Shown: positions 12,994 to 26,997 of the stretch, piece after piece
Layout: every line of letters starts with the position of its first letter
Numbering within the stretch: the stretch's first letter is position 1
Assembly (NCBI RefSeq): GCF_022045235.1
Contig: NW_027266319.1
Coordinates: forward strand, 40,982,001 to 41,046,000
Reading direction: 5' to 3'
Length of the DNA stretch: 64,000 nucleotides
From: Haliotis cracherodii
Lineage: Eukaryota
The notes under the pieces: generated by a model
What the model saw: only the letters and a program-made list of their open reading frames with translations
Databases searched by the model: none
Told to the model about the DNA's origin: nothing
Program-made: the position numbers and the translations under genes

Positions 12994-13180
12994 ATTGATT
13001 ACGGCTGTAACACCTCCTGGTAACGTTATTTCTTTTCTGGTCTCATCGTTATCCACCGCGACCGAAATCTGCCAACGACACAGTCGAGTATTTCCCCTGT
13101 TATTCAGCCTTGTGGACAGAGTGCCATCACAGTAGTAGTACTGATCAAGGTAAAGGTCAGGATTGGCTTTCGCTTCCGGG
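12994..13180 (-). promoter_or_regulatory. Putative TBK1 promoter and non-coding first exon
   Basis: Minus-strand donors GTGAGT (12993-12988) and GTGAGA (12918-12913) could join the acceptor before 10919. The region is locally CpG-richer and contains CCGGAAGCGAAAGCCAAT on the minus strand (13179-13162): ETS core, ETS-IRF-like GGAAnnGAAA and a CCAAT box. Confidence 0.5.
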
Positions 13181-16100
13181 ATGAAAGCTCCATACAGCGA
13201 ACCAGTGTGTGAAGACTCGATGAAGCGCTTATGAAAATATCCTGTTAAGAGTTTACGAACTTGTTACATCAACACAAAGATATAGGTGACGCATCGACAC
13301 CCACCCAAATTGTTTCCATTTTATAACTTACCGTTGATATTGTATGTTCGCCGACAACGATTATACAGTGTAAATTATGAATGAATGAATGTAAATATGA
13401 TAATTAAAATTGGTATGTATGATTGTGTGTGTTACAGAGTGAGTTAGTGAGTGAGTTTGGGTTTATGTCGATTTTGGTTCATTCTCCACTAAGACTTAGT
13501 GTGTAAATTGAACTAATTTCATGCTCCAGGTATCTGTTTATACCGTTAGTTACAATGGAGTCAATGAATACTCAACTCACCCCTTGGGCATATATTTTTG
13601 TTACAACATATGATTTGGTAACACTAGAGCTTCAGTACGCCAACTGAATGTATTTAAATTATATCTAACATGAGATAGATCTAAGTTTATTTTCTATACT
13701 TCATGAGAACTTCTAATAAATATATACTTGCATCTTTAACGGAATCCCAAATGTTGGTTTGAACATGAAGAGAAGTTACGCACATCATATCGGTTTTCTT
13801 GTCTCAAACTCATTACGTTTCAAGAACAAAGCTAGGTACATGTCTCCAGTTTGCAGAACTGACACGTTACGAACGAAAGTTGGAAAAATGGACCCCAATA
13901 AAAGGTTGCATCTTTATCATTACACATAATCACATCTTGAAGATGCTCTTTACAATCAGCCACAACTCAACACGTGACGCAGACAACACGGATACGTTAT
14001 GTTTTTACATGTCATTCCCTAAATTCTGTGAACTCACAAGCTATACTCGTACTGTCTTTTAAAAATTAGGGGTAGGGGTAGCTTGTAGTTGGAAGTATGA
14101 AGTGTCTGAGTGGGTTCCGGGCTGGTACAAGCAGCCACACGTGAACATCGCTACATGAGTGTAATTATCTGTACTCGTACTGTCTTTTAAAAATTAGGGG
14201 TAGGGGTAGCTTGTAGTTTGTTTTAAATACATTTTTTTCATCTCTGCTGGTTTCAGCTGTGTGATCTTTAAAAAGAGATTAACGAACAAACGGTTTACAA
14301 AATAGTAATATATAACATCATTCTGTGCGATGCAGTCTCATCATATCTGTTCATCTGTGATGTCAGTCAATCAACTGGCCAAAGTAGCTAATTTAGTCAG
14401 GGAAACACCACCGTCGATTATCCAGTGTACCATATCGGATAGCTTCGTCTTGAGACCGACATTAATGCCACGACGCTTAAAACAACCGTCACGGACGAGA
14501 GAATTTCTGTGTTGACTTTCTATGAAACGAAGTTATGATGACGAATGGGTGTAGGGTATCCATTGTAACACAATGGTGACTTGGTGAAATTGCGGTAGAC
14601 GTCACGTCGAAGATAATTACACTCATGTAGCGATGTGCACGTGTCGGTGTGGCTGCTTGTACCAGTCCGGAATCCACTCAGACACTTCATACTGACTCCG
14701 AGCCGTCCAGTTGTATCATTTCATTTAATTTGTTTGTTTGTTGAAAAACGCAGCACAGACCACTATTTGTTGTGTTGTGATTTTTACTCATATATTTAAG
14801 AAATAAACGACGAGAGGGAGTTGTTTATCGTGCAATAAAACGCCGCACTCAGCACAATATTCCAGCTACACGTGGCGGTCTGTAAATAATCGAGTCTGGA
14901 CCAGACAATCCAGTGATTGACATCCTGAGCATCGACCCACGCAATTGGGATACGATGACGCGCATCAACCAAGTCAGCGAGCTTGACCACCCGATCCAAT
15001 TAGTCGCCTCTTACAAACATAGTCGCCTTTTACGGCAAGCATGGGTCGTTGAAGACCTATTCTAAACCGGATCTTCATGAAAAATGAAAAAAATGTGGTT
15101 GGTTTGATTAAATATAGCTTTTAAGTATGTCTTATAATGGGTCATCCATCTTGCGTGTGGACGAACATGAGTGAATGTTAATTGACGCCAGTCAGCAATA
15201 TTCCAGCTGTTATCGCGATAATCTAGTCTAACCAGTGGTAGACATGGCGACGACACAGCAAGATAACAGCAGAGAAGTGAAGATTGTTTCACGTCGCTTG
15301 TTGCAGTATTATATGACAGGGGGAAGGACTCAACCTTCACTGAGTGGAAGTAATAATCTATTTATATATGCATGAGGTCGTGTCTACCACTATCAGACTT
15401 ATAAGTGGGTGAATCCTGTGTGTGGGTGTATGGATGTTTATGTGTTGGTTTGAGCAAATATTGGCTATATAGCTGACAAAATAATCACCTTTCGACAGCC
15501 TTTCTCATTGATTGTCAGGTAACTATGTTTACACTGTCCCCACGAAGTAACATTGGAGGGGCCGGGGCCAACAGAAATTCAACCTTCCTGGTTGCCTGGG
15601 ACAAACCCTCCACTGTTTCCTATACCAACATATTTTGTGGAGGTCAAGAAAGTGACAATTTTGTTTACTGTTCTTAGTTTACTGGTTTGGAAGATAGGGC
15701 TATCAGGGTTCATTCATCACTACAAGTCTGACAAATGTTCATGACTTTTCCAAGGTATGATGCCAGTTTTCCATTATATTATATCAATGAAAATCCAGAC
15801 AAAATAACCAACTTAAATCACTTAATTCAAACTTCTTACTTTGGTCAAAATATGTATTATTAATTATTATATTTTGCCATGACTTTTTTACGATTGAATG
15901 AAAGAATATTTTCCAAAACTAATCCTAGATTTGGAAACTCAAAACTACAATTCCATGACTTCTCCAAGATTTCATGACCCATACATCTATAACTGTCATG
16001 GTGTCAGACGTCAGCATCTCATGGACGGGTGGGATATCAAGGATAAGCTATTATTGAATCTATCAGGTAAGGAAGACAATGAGACAGATAGATATTGAAG

Positions 16101-17249
16101 CATGGAAGCATCAATTCCAAGAAACAAATAACTAGTATGTTGTGGCCTAAACGTTAGAAACAGTTATATTGTCCTAAACAATGTAAGGTCATAGTAATAT
16201 TTGTATCATCAACCCTAAAAACAAAGCAATCCATAACAGAACATGCTTCACATACAACTCAACACTGAAACCTGTTTGAGAACTTTTATTACACAAAGGG
16301 AAAAAAGAAGTACTGCTCATTCCTTGACAGTCACACTTTTCTTGACATTCCTCAAGTCTGAATAATGATACAAACGCGGACTACAAACATCACTCCCCAT
16401 CCTCAGAAATAACAATGCATGATGTAAACAAACATTGGTTTCACAGACAGACATAAGTGAAACACCAGTGCAAGAATTCCTTCTCCCAAACAAATATTAT
16501 TTTCACTCTTCTAGCGTGAAGAACTGAAAGGTTTGTGTATCATGGATGAGGATGGTACACAGAGATTTGAGAGCAGCTGCTCTGAACATTCACACCAATA
16601 CATGCAGCAGAATTATGAGTGAGTTGAGTTCAACGCCACTTTAAACTGTATCAGTCATATCAATGCATGTCTTAGACATTAACCACTTTGGTGCAATCCA
16701 CAAACATGGGTATACTTCTACAAACCTAGACAGATAATCTGGGCGTATAGAGATTCAAACCCAGGATCGCAGGTTTCTGGCACCCAAGGGATGTAACTCT
16801 GCGCAGCAAACTGCAGAGCCTTAGATGACTGGGCTACTGTGCCACCATCCCAACCAACTGATACAGTAAACTATGTTATAACATGCATGATGTATGGTGA
16901 ATCTTTATATGCTATTAATGCTCATTTGATGCCACAGTCAGCAATATTCCAATTATATCATGGCGACTTGTAAATAATCAACGACTTAGGTGACTGGGGC
17001 ACCTGTTTCCGAGCACAACTACGAGGAGTGTAGGATGACAAGGAAACTCGAGATAAATACACAGTAACAGCATATAGATGACAAGTATATCAATATTGAC
17101 TTCAAGTCTGTATTTTTATCTTATTCCTCTATACACTAAACAACAAATGGTACAAAGATGTCCTTAGTATAGTGTCAGAATATCAGAATTGAATTGTTTT
17201 TACGAACAAAGTTTATGACTTACATCAATACATAGCTCAATGATAATGA

Positions 17250-20200
17250 TTATGCAAATTTGTTTTTGATGTATATAGTTTCTGGCTGGATGATGCCCCC
17301 TGTGAGCTCCTCCTCCACCGCCTCCAGCATCCAGTCATGAGTACACACCTCCAGGGCCTCCCACTCGGCCTTGAAGGCCTTCATGGGGTCCGGAGGTGCC
17401 ATCATGGCCGACCCTGACATCTGCTCCTGCATAACTCTCGTCTGGTCAGCAGCTGGCAACAGGCAATAGGTAAATGGTAATTAACATTTTTCAAAAACAT
17501 TCCATGGCTTTTTGGGGAGTATCGGCAACTAGGCTTTTGGCTATTATGCAGTCCTCACAGCTTTGAAAAGAATCCCTGAATCACCATTTTGTCCCATTCT
17601 TATTGTTCCACGATGAGGACATCAACCCACCTGTCTATGATTACCCGAAAATTTACACTGACACAGTGTCCCAGTTTCACACACAGTTATATTTACACAG
17701 TCTAGATCCTGGTCAAAAAATATGGCAACATATAGCGCAGTGTTCAAAATAGTTTCCGGACAACCCAAGCCGTTCATGTTCAGGGATGCAAATTAGGACT
17801 AGCCTGCTAGCCTGGACCAATTTTGTTAATATTAAAGGTATCCTAAGCATTAGTAGAAATTCAAACATTTGGGGGGTATTGCTATATGTTATCACTAGCA
17901 GACAGTCTTGGTTCATTTTCATCCCTGAATACATACAACATGTAGTGAAGAAACAAATAACAATAAAGATCATAGTTACCATTGTCTTGACCAAGTATAA
18001 GGGTGTACATACTCCTCAACCCAAACACATTGAGAAAATACCATGAGGCAGAGCTCACCCTGCAACACATCAAAAGCACATCACTAGTGTTACTTAAATC
18101 AGGTCCAATATAGCAGCAGGAAATTATTAAAAGGTACTAACATTTATCAGGATCTATATGAGTGCATCCCATGTCTTCATTTCACTATCCTATACACTAC
18201 TCAATATTAACATGGTTTTGGTGTCCTTGGACTGCCTCCGTGGTCTGGTGGTAGAGTGTCCGCCTGGAGAGCGGAAGGTCCGGATTTTGATCTGTGTCAT
18301 ACCAAAAGACACTAAAAGATGGTACTTGTTGTTACCCTGTCTGGTGCTCAGCATTAAGGGGCTAAAACAAGAACTGGTTAGCTCGAAGCCAGTATACCAT
18401 GTCTGAGTGGGGTATTCATGTTAAACTGTGGCATGGTATCTCAGTGGCCTAGCACTAGAAATCGGCATCAGTCTGCACTAGGACAAGCAGCCAAACACAC
18501 ACACACACATACGCACACACACACACACGTGCATGCACGTCGCTATATAAGTGCAATAATCTTGGACGCGACATTTCACCTCACCTTGGGAGTCCTTGAG
18601 GTTTGCTGCTATTGTATCAGCATCTAGGGGCCCCTCAAGTTTCATTTAAAAAATAAGGGTTATGACAAGGGCCCTATTACTTTCAAGTTGTACACTGCTA
18701 TAGTTAAATCTGAAAACCACATTAATGTCATCAGGTTCATCTTGCAAGAAAAGGGGAGCACTAAAATAAATTACATTTGAGATCTTCTTACACCATGAAC
18801 ACAGGGCACAGAATCCTGACTTACCACGAAGCGTCGAGAGAGGCCAGCTCTACTCCTCGCTGCAACATTGGCTTAAATCTCAGCGTTAGAGGGAAGGGAA
18901 CCTTTGCTGTAAGCAGATGACACTCGGTTAAATCTCAATGCATCAACCACTGTCAACAATAGTCCACATTCCTGTTCATGTATAAATGTTAAAAATAAAA
19001 CACAAGCACAAGATACTGAACAGGCATTTTCTTCTGTCTATTTCATGTCTTATTCAAAAAGTAAGTGCGTGAGTATGGTTTTATACCGCTTTTATCAATA
19101 TTACAGCAATATCACGAAGGGGGACACCAGAAATGGGCTTCACACAGTGTACCCATGTCAGGAAACGAACCCGGGTCTTCGGCAAGTGAATGCTTTAACC
19201 ACTAGGCTACCCGACCGCCCCTTCTTCAAAAAGTAAATTAAGTTGAACCAAAATATTCTCTTGTCTGCTTTTCATGCTTATTATTAACCCCTATATATAA
19301 ATAGCTACATTACGTAAGTGACTTAAAATATACCTAAAACTATCACTTTAACAATAAACACTAAAATGTAATAGATACTAAGATAGAAAAATATGCTACC
19401 AATTCAAACAAATTTTAAAAGTAAACAAACTTCATATAAAATATAACTTATAAGGGAAATGATCGAAACTATTATATAATATCTATAGCTGAAAAAATGC
19501 ATTACAGTAGTACCAGATTACTAATAACCCTGAGTGGTGGCACAAGGGTAAAAGCCATGACTTGTCATGTCATGTCCTGGGTTTGATTCCCGAGAAGGGG
19601 GACAATGTGTACAGACCATTTCTGATGTTCCTCTGATATGACATGACGGGAATGTTTCTAAAAGTGGTGTAAACCCATAATCCCTTGTTAATAACCCTTG
19701 TACCAGTCCTACTCGGAATGTGATAAAGATAAGATTTATTTTCAATGATTAAACATTGTATATGGAGAGACTATTTGGTCATCAAAAAGGGTCTAGTCTA
19801 CTTACTGGTCAAGAATCCTGAAAAAGCCCAGTTGATCCAGCCCCCGATGACAATCATAGGAAGAACATTGGTGATGTTGCCTTTCATCATGTCTGTCATC
19901 ATTGTCGGGTCTGATAAAGGTATGATTAACATGATGAAGCTTCAGTTTCATGTATTTCACACTTGAGTCATGTACAATGTGATATGATTAAATGATGTTT
20001 CAGGATCAATTTAATAATAATTGTGTTTATTACTTTACAGCATTAAATCAAGATAATAAGTGAATACTTAAAGAGATTCTTTACATTTACCCCCCCCCCC
20101 CCCCCCCCCCCCCTCTCCCAATGCTTTTACATGTCAATGTCTTCCTACACTACATGTATAACACAGAGCTCTAGCACGACATGACCAAGTTTACCTGTCA

Positions 20201-21540
20201 TAGGATTCTTGACCTGGGCTTCCCTTTTTTCTGTTTTGAAGAATCCCTTTTCAGCATTGTTGAAGAAATTTTTACGAACCAAGAAGGACTGGAAAACAGA
20301 ACAATAATAATGCATATAATTATGAAATTTATTACTTCATCATTTTCAACAATGTTCAAGTAGGGAAGTGAAATAATAGAATAAGATTTCTGCAACAACA
20401 TAAGTTACCTGTTTTGGTATATATTTTCCATTTTCTCTCAGTATTCTGCTTCTGATGAGTGCATGGCTGTAAGAAAGCAAACAATTAATAAAGCACTTTG
20501 CATGCATAAAGCTTATAAAATCATGACTATGATCATGAAGATGGCAAAAAGGTTTCCTGCATACAAATCATTGGATCATAGGGCTATAGCATAAACAGCA
20601 CCAAACAAAACGGTAACTAGCTTCGCATAAATTAAACATGTTTGACATGAATATAAACTGATTTTAGATTGTTGTTGTTGTCATAGAATGAATAAACCCT
20701 AGGGAGTACTGCACTTTACCGAGTGCATTTTTTTGGATTTAAAAGCAACGGGGAGCTTGTGCACATCACACATAATGCATGTTAGTATTGTTACACTAAA
20801 TTATATTGGATTAACGCGTTGACAGCGGTGAACTAGCTAACGCCTAAACTGAAGGGTCGTAAAGGGTTGTTTTATTTGGCAAGGGGCACTCAACCTTAAG
20901 GACCATGAAGGTGTGTTTTATTGGAATACCTAACCCTAAAGATCGCCAAGGGAACTGGGTCAGAAAAGGAATCCAAGGTCCAAGAGTAGAGTTGGGGCAC
21001 AGTACTACCCATATACAATTCTATAATAACAATTATAGAATTGTAGTGATGTGGTCCTATGGCTGGGTGTAGTATACCCTAACCCACTGGGCCATGTGCC
21101 TCCTCTACGATTTTTTTGCGAATTTGCTTATTATTATTAGTTACATGCTCCTGTGCCTAACCCTAAGGCAGGATCAACGAGGCACGCGTGCCACAGACAG
21201 GAGTCTAATCAAGTCGCCAATTAGCGCTTTAAGCTGCGCCCCGTAATCTGCAGTCTTACCCAGTAACCCTGCAGTATTGCCAAAAAAATGAATTTTTGTA
21301 CCGATGCTAAAATTTATATTCGCAAATATGAGCTGTAGCTGCACGTCCGTAAAACCGGCGAAACAAATTAGCTACATCCATTCCGACATACCTGTCAGAT
21401 ACTTGCTGTAATTCGGACTTCTTTTCTGAGGATATCAATATTGTCACATAATGTCTAATTATGCCAATCAGAAATGTGATTAAAACTATAGGTAAGAAAA
21501 CCCAAACTCTAATGTTGGAATCAAGCAGCAGTTCCGCCAT
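17250..21540 (-). CDS. EMC3: ER membrane protein complex subunit 3 (TMEM111), complete, 256 aa
   Basis: Exons 21540-21392, 20466-20409, 20288-20195, 19910-19806, 18906-18825, 18059-17980, 17452-17250 (771 nt, phases consistent). Motifs: [105 protein letters not shown]. Minus-strand AATAAA at 16290-16285. Confidence 0.97.
18232..18586 (+). mobile_element. tRNA-derived SINE family D (Meta-domain-like)
   Basis: tRNA-like head TGGTCTGGTGGTAGAGTGTCCGCC followed by GTCATACCAAAAGAC..AAAAGATGGTAC..CTCAGCATTAAGG, which resembles the MetaSINE domain. Minus-strand copies at about 9105-9420, 45620-45905 and 14580-14710. Confidence 0.7.
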
Positions 21541-21878
21541 GTTGATTTTGAGAGGAAGTGACGTCGGGTATCAGGGACTGTTCATTTCTATGAATTAGAA
21601 TACATTAGAATAATAGAATATTAATAACTTGATTATCAAAGACACATTTTTTCACAATATCAATTTAAAAATTACTGTATATGAAATCATAAGTCGAGTA
21701 GATACTTACATGGTCATTGTTAATCATAATGAACGAATAAAAATACACAAAGAAACAACCCGTCCCTCGGCAACGAGCTCCTGCGGGTTGACTACTTTTT
21801 ACTGATTGTCGTAGTCACTGAGGCATGGTCAAAGCAAGATATCAAGAAATGTGATATGCATTGAGGTTTCATGCAATC
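21541..21878. promoter_or_regulatory. Bidirectional promoter between EMC3 and UXT
   Basis: The two ATGs are 338 bp apart and divergent. ETS-CRE composite GGAAGTGACGTC at 21554-21565; YY1-type CCGCCATGTT overlaps the EMC3 start codon. Confidence 0.75.
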
Positions 21879-24800
21879 ATGGCAGAAAGAAAATCCAAAA
21901 TAGTCGAATATGAAAAGTTCCTTAATGAAACGTTAAGAGAGGATTTAAGGTATCTTAGTTAAACATAGTTCAATTATCACTGATTATTGATCTGATATTT
22001 TTGTATAAGATCATGTTTGTTTTTGAAAGGTTATCAGCTCCTTATAAAATGTTCCCTTATATGACTCACCTATTCAGACTTGCTAAAGTTGGAACTAGAA
22101 GATGTTGATGATCCTGCTACACATAATCAGATAATAAATAAAATGTACCTACACAGGTATATGTACAGGTATATGTACTATAGTTGGTGCAAAGACATAT
22201 ATGCAAGGGCTGGGACAGCTAACTTGGGTCTGGTGGGTCCTGAGCAGGACCCGGGTACCCACAGGACTACCCTGACCTGTGGTTAGTCACATATAACTCT
22301 TTCTTTCTTTCTTTCTGACGATGCTCACATTACTTTTGACATGTATATGTTTCAGTAGGGATAAAGCTTCAGTCAACTTCAGTGTACACATGATCTAATC
22401 ATTTGATACATGTGTATCTGAATAATTTTGGCCAGGGCTGCGGTAAAACAATTCCCAATCAGACATTTTGTTCCCAACTCTTGAGACCTGCAGTGGGGAC
22501 CCGGGTAGGGTCGGGTAATAGGGGGTCGGGGATCCGGGTAGTAAATTTGGACTCGTCCCAGCCCTAATTTAATATATACGTCTTTGGTCGGTGACAATAA
22601 CATAAAACTCCATGGTTACGCTCAAGTCGCTGATGTTCACATTTCTGTCTGACCATGTGGGTAGGGTTGGATAATAGGGTGGTTGAGTACCCGGCTAGTG
22701 CCCTACTGTAGATCATGCATCAAGGTAGATCAATTCTCAAACTATGAACCACAGGTTTACTGCCCCTCATAGAATAGGTCTGCAGTAACCCATGCTTGCC
22801 ATTAAAGGTGACTGTGCTTGTCATGAGATCGCAAGATGCGACTAACAGGATCAGGTGGTCAGAGATGCTGACTGGTTGATGCATGTTATCGTATCCCAAT
22901 TGCGTGGATTGATGTCTATAATATCCATCACTGGATTGTCTCGTCCAGCCTTAATTAATTACAGACTGCCATCATATAGCTGGAATATTCATGGGTGCAG
23001 CGTTAAGCAACAAACAAACAAAAAATCCTACAGCTGTGAGGTTGTTATGAGGCTAGGGTGTAAAGCCCTTTTCTTGTGTTAACTTGTCACATGTAAACCA
23101 TGCATGTATGTTTTATCCAGTGATCATGATATGATTGTTTTCAAATATCTTGTGCACAGGAAAATACTTGATGAAAGAGACAAAGTGTACAGTCAGATTG
23201 CAGAATACCTCCAACTGAAGACAGTCATTGAAAAAACAAAGGTGACAGTTTAGTCTTTAACAGATTGCATGGCTTGAAAATATTCATTTTAAGTCTGTCA
23301 ACACACATTCATACAATAGTATGACTATATATCACATAACTGAACACCTATCAAATGCAGTTTAGCGAAGTTGACCATGCATATCCTGGTGTAATGCAAG
23401 GGTGACAACACTGAATGTGTGTATGTATGTTGTCTGGTATCTGTCAAGATGTCTGTGAAATGGTTTGCTACCATACTGAAGAAAACATCTGAGATAAACG
23501 AGGAAAAATTATGCCGGTAAGATAAAGCTTGCTGTCAACCGGTCCCTGGGGTTATACAATGTGATGTACCCTGTGTGAGAGGCTATGTAGTCCTCGCTGG
23601 TACATAGACACACTCTGAGGGTACATCACCCGATTTACCCCTCAAGACTGGTTGACAACTAATACTATAGTATAGTATTGTGTTTCAGCTTTAATCAAGT
23701 TTATAATATTTTCTCATCTCCAGGATGCTGATGGCGGAGAACTGAAGACACAGGTAGATCTGGGCTGTAACTTTTATGTTCAAGGCAAAGTGTAAGTAAA
23801 AATGTGTTCACTTTGATTGTGGGCAGACAAATATGGGCCCAAGGAACATTAAAAAAAAATGATTTTTGTGCTACAACTATTGTTTTTCAATGTTTGACCT
23901 CTACTTTTAACTTGCTTAAAATAATTATTTGCAAATCCTGTCAAGTCTTGGGATAAAATAAAAATTAATTTGAAACTTTAGAAACATGTTTGTTAAGTGT
24001 GTTTGTAAGCAAATTGTTGGACAGTTGAAATACAGAAAAATTCAAAAAGTGAAATTTGTAGGAATTAGGAAACATCAAAATATTAACTTGCTTCATGTGT
24101 TAATCTTTTTTATTTTTGTAAATTGCTGCACTAGACTAGAATTAATAAAAGTTTAATGTTTTTAGACTTTTGTGAAATTTTGGTTTGGGAAAATTTACCA
24201 CAGGTTCAAATAATCTACAGCTGAGGCTATTTATGCACGCAGGCCAGGGTTCATTCAAATGTGATGGGGGGCGGGTGAGGTGGGTGGGGGGCAGGTGGCC
24301 CAGTTGTCTATGGCGGCACTGCAAGTCTCTGTGCAGCGTTGCATCCCTAGGGCAGACCAGAAACAGTCAGAGACCTGCATCAATACGGGCTTTCCTCCCA
24401 CATCACACCCAACTCACTCACTCCCACTATATCAGTTAGTTTGGCAGGTACAGATGACTACATGTAAATGCTTTTTCTGTTGACAGCTTCACTTACTGGT
24501 TTGGGCCGAATGTCTTTGCAGGCAGCTGAGTCCTGTGATATTACAGACACTAATCACTCTCTGACATTTGAACAATAGTTTGACCATCTTCTTAACTAAA
24601 TGTAAAAGTCCAGTTTCCACCCTTGCTGAACTAGTCTGGAGTTATGGAGTCATATTTTAGCTGAACTAACAAGTCTATGCATAGTCCAATCAAAATCGCA
24701 TAAAAAAATCGACATATGGCTCATAAACTGCTGCGCAGTTTTCGGTCGATTGCAGGATTTGTAAAGCATGTGTACCACCAACTCGACATCAGCAGATATT

Positions 24801-26997
24801 TTCTAAATCTTTTCATGTTTTTAATGAAGGTGCTCATGTGATTTGATGCATATCACAAGTGATATGAAAGGTGGAATCTGATTGGTCAATAACAGGGACA
24901 TAGATGTGATATTGTAATAGCAACCAGTGGTGCTTCGATCAAGCCCAGAAATTCCAGCGTAGTTCGGCAAGGATGGAAACTGGACTTGTACAGTCATTTA
25001 ACTCCCTGTCCTCGAGAAGATGTAGTGTGACTGTATTTCCTGTGTGTGTTTGCAGACCCGATACCACCAGGATATGTGTAGCTGTAGGATTTGGCTTCTT
25101 CCTGGAGTTCAGCCTGGACGAGGCTCTCAAGTTTATTGATAAGAAGACTGCTGCCCTGACCGACAAAACAGATCAACTGTCTAAAGATGCAGCTAAGGTC
25201 AAAGCTCACATCAGGCTAGTTCTAGAGGTGGGTTGGACAGATGCCCACTATCATGGCCACTTGGCACAGTTCTTACATTGTTTGTTGATACATAGTAATT
25301 GTTATATTTCTCATCTTGAAATAAGTAGATCACACCAGTCCTGAAGTATCCAAGCTTGTGATATAATATGGGGCAGGGGATATAGGAACAGAGTTTGTCT
25401 GTCCATCCTCCGTCCATCCGCTTCTCAATAAGGACAAATTTTCTCAAAATCTATTGAAGTTAGAGCAATGAATTTTTACACACATTTTACTGGTCATGAT
25501 TTCAAAATTAGTTTGAAAATTGTGTGTCAAATTCAGTTTTGTAGAGTTAAGGACCTTGCTCCAAGCCTTTCAGCTCAGTGCATACTGCGTGAAGTGGGGA
25601 TAAGTTTTCTCAGACACTACTAAATTACATGAATAAAAGTTTGCTTGCCTATCTGAAAGATACTTCCCAAAATTGGTGCCATAAATTATTTTTTTCCCAG
25701 AGTTGCATCCCTTGCTACATGTTCTTAGAATTTGTCCATTCACAGTTACAGCCCTTGATACATATTAATTTACTTTGTGCGTAGTGTTTGCAATGGGGAC
25801 AGGTTTTCTCAGAAACTACGTAAGTTATATTAATGAAACTTGGCAAGCACATCTAAGAGATACTTATCAAGATTGAGTTCGGAAATTTGGAGCCATAAAA
25901 TATTTTTATCAGGGGCTTCTTGTGTGTATTATTTTTACATTTAATCAGATTTTTCTTGACATAAAAGCCACCCTTGTGCCTATCAATTCTTTAAGTTTTA
26001 TTGGGATTCTTTTTAGTTAAAGTTAACATTAACCTCCATATTATTCACTACTGAATGAACAAAGTTCTAATGTGCCCAGTGGCACTGTTTTCTTGTTTTA
26101 AATGACTTAAAGCTAAAAGGAAGAGACAGCCTAGGTTTCTGATATACATTAATTAATACCAGTGTCCACTACTACTGATATCCTTTTGGCTTTTCCGGGT
26201 TAGAGCAGGTGCCCAGCAAGCTTAGTTTGTTGTATGAATTGACGAATCACTGGCTTATCTGATCCAAGTTATTTCCATATGGCTGGAATATTGGTGAGTG
26301 TGGCGTTAATCAACACAGATGTTACATCAATCAGCCACAAGTTGGCAACAATACTTGGGTGTTAGCCAGTGTCAAGTGGCCACAAAGCCTTCTTTTCTGT
26401 TTTGTTTGTTTGTTTGTTTGTTGTTTAACGCCACACTCAGAAATATTCCAGTTATATGATGGCTGTAAATAATGACCAGACAATTCAGTGACTGACATCA
26501 TGAGCATCAATCTCATAAGGATACGATGAAATGCATCAACCAAGTCAGCGAGCCTGACCACCCAATCCCATTAGTCGCCTCTTACTACAAGCATAGTCAC
26601 CTTTTACGGCAAGCATGGGTTGCTGCTGACCTAATCTAACCCAGATCTTCACAGGTCTTTTTTTTATTGTTGGTTTATGAAATGCTTGATCTAAAATTTA
26701 AGTTCCAAATTAACTTTAAGTATCAGCTGGTTTCATTGAGTTTTGTAAACCAACAAGTAAAAATATAAGGCCTAATCTGGGTTTAGGACCCCATTACACA
26801 AAGCGATCTCGACTAGCGTAAAATCTATGTTAAAGTATCGGAGTTACGATCACCTCTTGCTAGGGTAGCTTTGGGATAGCTTTAAAATTATTCAGTTCAT
26901 ACTGTTGACAATCTTAAGTGTTCATTTTAAGGGCTTGAGAGAGGTACAGCTGATCAGTGATAAACCTGATGTGGAATACCGTGACCCCCAGGCCTGA
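21879..26997 (+). CDS. UXT: Protein UXT (alpha-class prefoldin-like), complete, 152 aa
   Basis: Exons 21879-21949, 23160-23241, 23724-23791, 25056-25227, 26932-26997 (459 nt). KIVEYEKFLNETLREDLR/KILDERDKVYSQIAEYLQLK/ELKTQVDLGCNFYV/PDTTRICVAVGFGFFLEFSLDEALKFIDKK..KAHIRLVLE/GLREVQ matches the UXT family. AATAAA at 28170-28175. Confidence 0.96.
22205..22566. mobile_element. hAT-like MITE with (T)AGGGCTGGGAC termini
   Basis: TIRs AGGGCTGGGAC and GTCCCAGCCCTA; GC-rich subterminal CCCGGGTA motifs. A second copy at 8544-9089 is interrupted by a family A retroposon. Confidence 0.75.
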
